A stretch of DNA of 34,038 nt from Thermoplasmata archaeon (GTDB lineage: Archaea > Thermoplasmatota > E2 > UBA202 > JdFR-43). The notes under the pieces are model-generated. The model saw nothing but the letters and a program-made list of their open reading frames with translations. It did not search any database and had not been told where the DNA came from. Location: positions 1-34,038 of the forward strand of contig VBQI01000001.1 of assembly GCA_008297865.1 (NCBI GenBank), given 5' to 3'. Shown one piece after another: positions 32,000 through 34,038 of this stretch (the stretch's first letter is position 1; each line of letters begins with the position of its first letter). The position numbers were made by a program, and so were the translations under genes.

Positions 32000-32571
32000 G
32001 CTTGCCTATTGGCGAGGAGGAGATAATGAAAATAAATGCGGGGGATGTTCTCTATATCAATGGCACCATAGTCACTGCAAGAGATGAAGCACATAAGAAG
32101 GCAATAGAAATGTATGATGCAGGAAAAACTTTGCCAGTTGATTTTTCGAAAGTGGCAGTTTTTCATTGTGGACCAATAATAAAAAGAGAGGGCGATGAAT
32201 GGCAAGTTGTTGCAGCTGGACCTACGACGAGTAGTAGAATGGAGATTTTTGAATATGATTTTATTAAAAGATTCCACACATGCATCATCATCGGTAAGGG
32301 AGGAATGGGAGAGAAAACTGCTAAGGCATGCAAGGAATTTAAAGCAATCTATGCTGCCTTTACTGGAGGAGCAGCAGTTCTGGCGGCGAATGCAATAAAG
32401 AAAGTTAAAGATGTTTTCTGGCTCGATGAGCTTGGAATGCCTGAAGCTTTATGGGTTTTGGAAGTTGAGAATTTTGGTCCACTTACTGTGACGATAGATG
32501 CTCATGGGAGAAATTTGACGGAGGAAGTGAAGCAGAAGGCGAGGGAAATAGCTGCTAAAATAGAATTTTGA
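31984..32571 (+). CDS. Class I fumarate hydratase, beta subunit
   Basis: 'INAGDVLYINGTIVTARDEAHKK', 'GPTTSSRME', 'IGKGGMG'. 16-nt overlap with the alpha subunit. Confidence 0.85.
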   Translation: MEYRLSLPIGEEEIMKINAGDVLYINGTIVTARDEAHKKAIEMYDAGKTLPVDFSKVAVFHCGPIIKREGDEWQVVAAGPTTSSRMEIFEYDFIKRFHTCIIIGKGGMGEKTAKACKEFKAIYAAFTGGAAVLAANAIKKVKDVFWLDELGMPEALWVLEVENFGPLTVTIDAHGRNLTEEVKQKAREIAAKIEF

Positions 32572-32640
32572 TCCCCCAATCATTTGTAAACTAAAGACAG
32601 AGATAGCTACTAAATTTTAAAGCATTATTTCATTATTCAC

Positions 32641-33609
32641 ATGCACTTAGCAATGCTTTGCTCCGCCAACCAATGCAACCTATGCTACAGAAAATGCAAA
32701 ATAGAAATTGGCGAAAGAGGATACTGCAAAACAAGAATCAATAAAGATGGCAAAATATACACTCTTACATATGGAAACATAAGCGCCATTGAACTCCGCC
32801 CTATAGAAATCAAGCCCTTTTTTCATTTTTATCCGGGAAGTTATGCCCTAACTTTCTCCACCTACTCATGCAATTTTCCGTGCTTATGGTGCCAAAACTG
32901 GCATTTATCAAAAACTGAGCCACCAGAGAGATATGAATTCATCTCCCCCGAAAAAATGGCAAAGATGGCGGGAGAGCATGGTTTATGTGCAAGTTTTAAT
33001 GAACCAACTTTACTTTTTGAGTATTGCATTGATTTATTCAAGCTAGTTTCACAGCCCAAAAGTATCGTCTCCAATGGCTACATGACGAAAGAAGCTTTGA
33101 AAATGCTTAAAAAAGTTGGACTTGATGCAATGAATATTGACATAAAAGGGGGGAAAGAAGTTTATGAAAAATATTTGAATGCAAAAGAGAAATACATATG
33201 GGAAAATGCAAATTTTGCTAAAAAGCTTGGGATACATGTTGAAATAGTAAATTTAGTTATACCTGGAGTAAATGATGGACAAATTGAAGAAATCATTGAA
33301 AAGCATTTAAAATATGCCGGCCCTTCCACACCAATTCATTTTACTAGATATTTCCCAGCATATAAATTCACTACGCCTTCGACGCCAATTGAAAGACTTG
33401 AATATGCTTATGAAAAAGCAAAAAAGGAGGGAATTTTATATCCATATATAGGTAATGTTGCTGGGCATAAGTATGAAAATACATACTGCCATAATTGTGA
33501 CAAATTGCTCATAAAAAGATTTGGTAGTAAAATAGTAAAAAATTATCTAAAGGATGCAAAATGTCCATTTTGCGGTGAGGAATTGCCTTTTATAATAAAA
33601 AATAAGTAG
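32641..33609 (+). CDS. Radical SAM enzyme, AmmeMemoRadiSam-system / PflA-like activase family
   Basis: N-terminal Cys motif 'CNLCYRKCKIEIGERGYCKTR', 'IEIKPFFHFYPGS', 'CNFPCLWCQNWHLS' (CxxxCxxC), and a C-terminal 'CHNCDKL...CPFCG' Cys pair. Confidence 0.75.
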   Translation: MHLAMLCSANQCNLCYRKCKIEIGERGYCKTRINKDGKIYTLTYGNISAIELRPIEIKPFFHFYPGSYALTFSTYSCNFPCLWCQNWHLSKTEPPERYEFISPEKMAKMAGEHGLCASFNEPTLLFEYCIDLFKLVSQPKSIVSNGYMTKEALKMLKKVGLDAMNIDIKGGKEVYEKYLNAKEKYIWENANFAKKLGIHVEIVNLVIPGVNDGQIEEIIEKHLKYAGPSTPIHFTRYFPAYKFTTPSTPIERLEYAYEKAKKEGILYPYIGNVAGHKYENTYCHNCDKLLIKRFGSKIVKNYLKDAKCPFCGEELPFIIKNK

Positions 33610-33832
33610 TTTTTTGTATTATCTTTATCGGTACTTCGGAAAGTAGGTTATAACAAATGAATTTGTTCGATAGATTTTGGAAACATTGAGTAAACTTATA
33701 ATGTCATTTTTGTGCTGAAAATAAGGGGAGTGGAAAAATAGAGTAAGAATTCTCAAAATTTCAACAAAATGAACTTACTCAATCCTATTGCAATTACCGA
33801 AGACAAACACGATTCTTTTTTCATTTATTATT

Positions 33833-34038
33833 TTACCTATAAGGAGAATTGAAGAAGATAATTTTTCTTATCAAATGCACTAATCTATCCACTTTGATTG
33901 GAATTTTGCCCGGATCCAATCCATCTTTTCCCCTTTCAATGATATTAAGCAAAATCCAGAGATTGTAGATACAAATAGCAAGCAAGAAAAAGAAATATCT
34001 TACAGAATATTCTTTTGAGCAGGTTCTTCCAAGAAATT
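33833..34038 (-). mobile_element. 3' (C-terminal) fragment of a DDE transposase gene (IS4/ISH3-like), truncated by the window edge
   Basis: Hand translation of the minus strand from the edge gives FLGRTCSKEYSVRYFFFLLAICIYNLWILLNIIERGKDGLDPGKIPIKVDRLVHLIRKIIFFNSPYR*. '..TCSK.YS.RYFFF....IYNLW.LLN' resembles the conserved C-terminal region of IS4-superfamily transposases as I recall it. Confidence 0.4.

Overview
AT-rich window that looks archaeal (euryarchaeote-like). The evidence is gene content: archaeal-type SHMT, a Fap7/AK6 kinase, two-subunit class I fumarase, a DUF63-like membrane protein and an MtaD/DadD-type deaminase. Starts are a mix of GGAGG/GGTGA Shine-Dalgarno sites and TATA-proximal, apparently leaderless starts. 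I saw no rRNA, tRNA or CRISPR array. Coding density is high.

Main regions:
- (a) 5625-13705: a roughly 7.7 kb minus-strand operon of 15 tightly packed ORFs. Eight junctions are ATGA start/stop overlaps. It encodes three NifX-like (COG1433-type) domains, two MinD-type P-loop ATPases with inserted 2x[4Fe-4S] motifs, a radical SAM enzyme, DUF89, a half-ferredoxin, a zinc-ribbon mini-protein, a split CDF transporter, an MBL-fold protein and a SAM methyltransferase. Three very unusual Tyr/Trp/Pro/Met/Gly-rich mini-proteins head the operon. A DUF134 HTH regulator is divergently transcribed. This is my best candidate for an undescribed system.
- (b) 17934-22040: a lipid-synthesis gene, then a metal ABC importer with an FmdE-like protein, next to a lone LarB.
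- (c) 23185-30784: an island of secreted beta-helix, glycosidase-like and GATase-like proteins plus a B12-type radical SAM gene.
- (d) Housekeeping genes: mtaD-like, glyA, fumarase and others.

Three genes are broken by frameshifts at homopolymer runs, which may reflect sequencing error or real decay. A truncated DDE transposase lies at the right edge. All family assignments come from motif recognition by eye and need HMM or BLAST confirmation.
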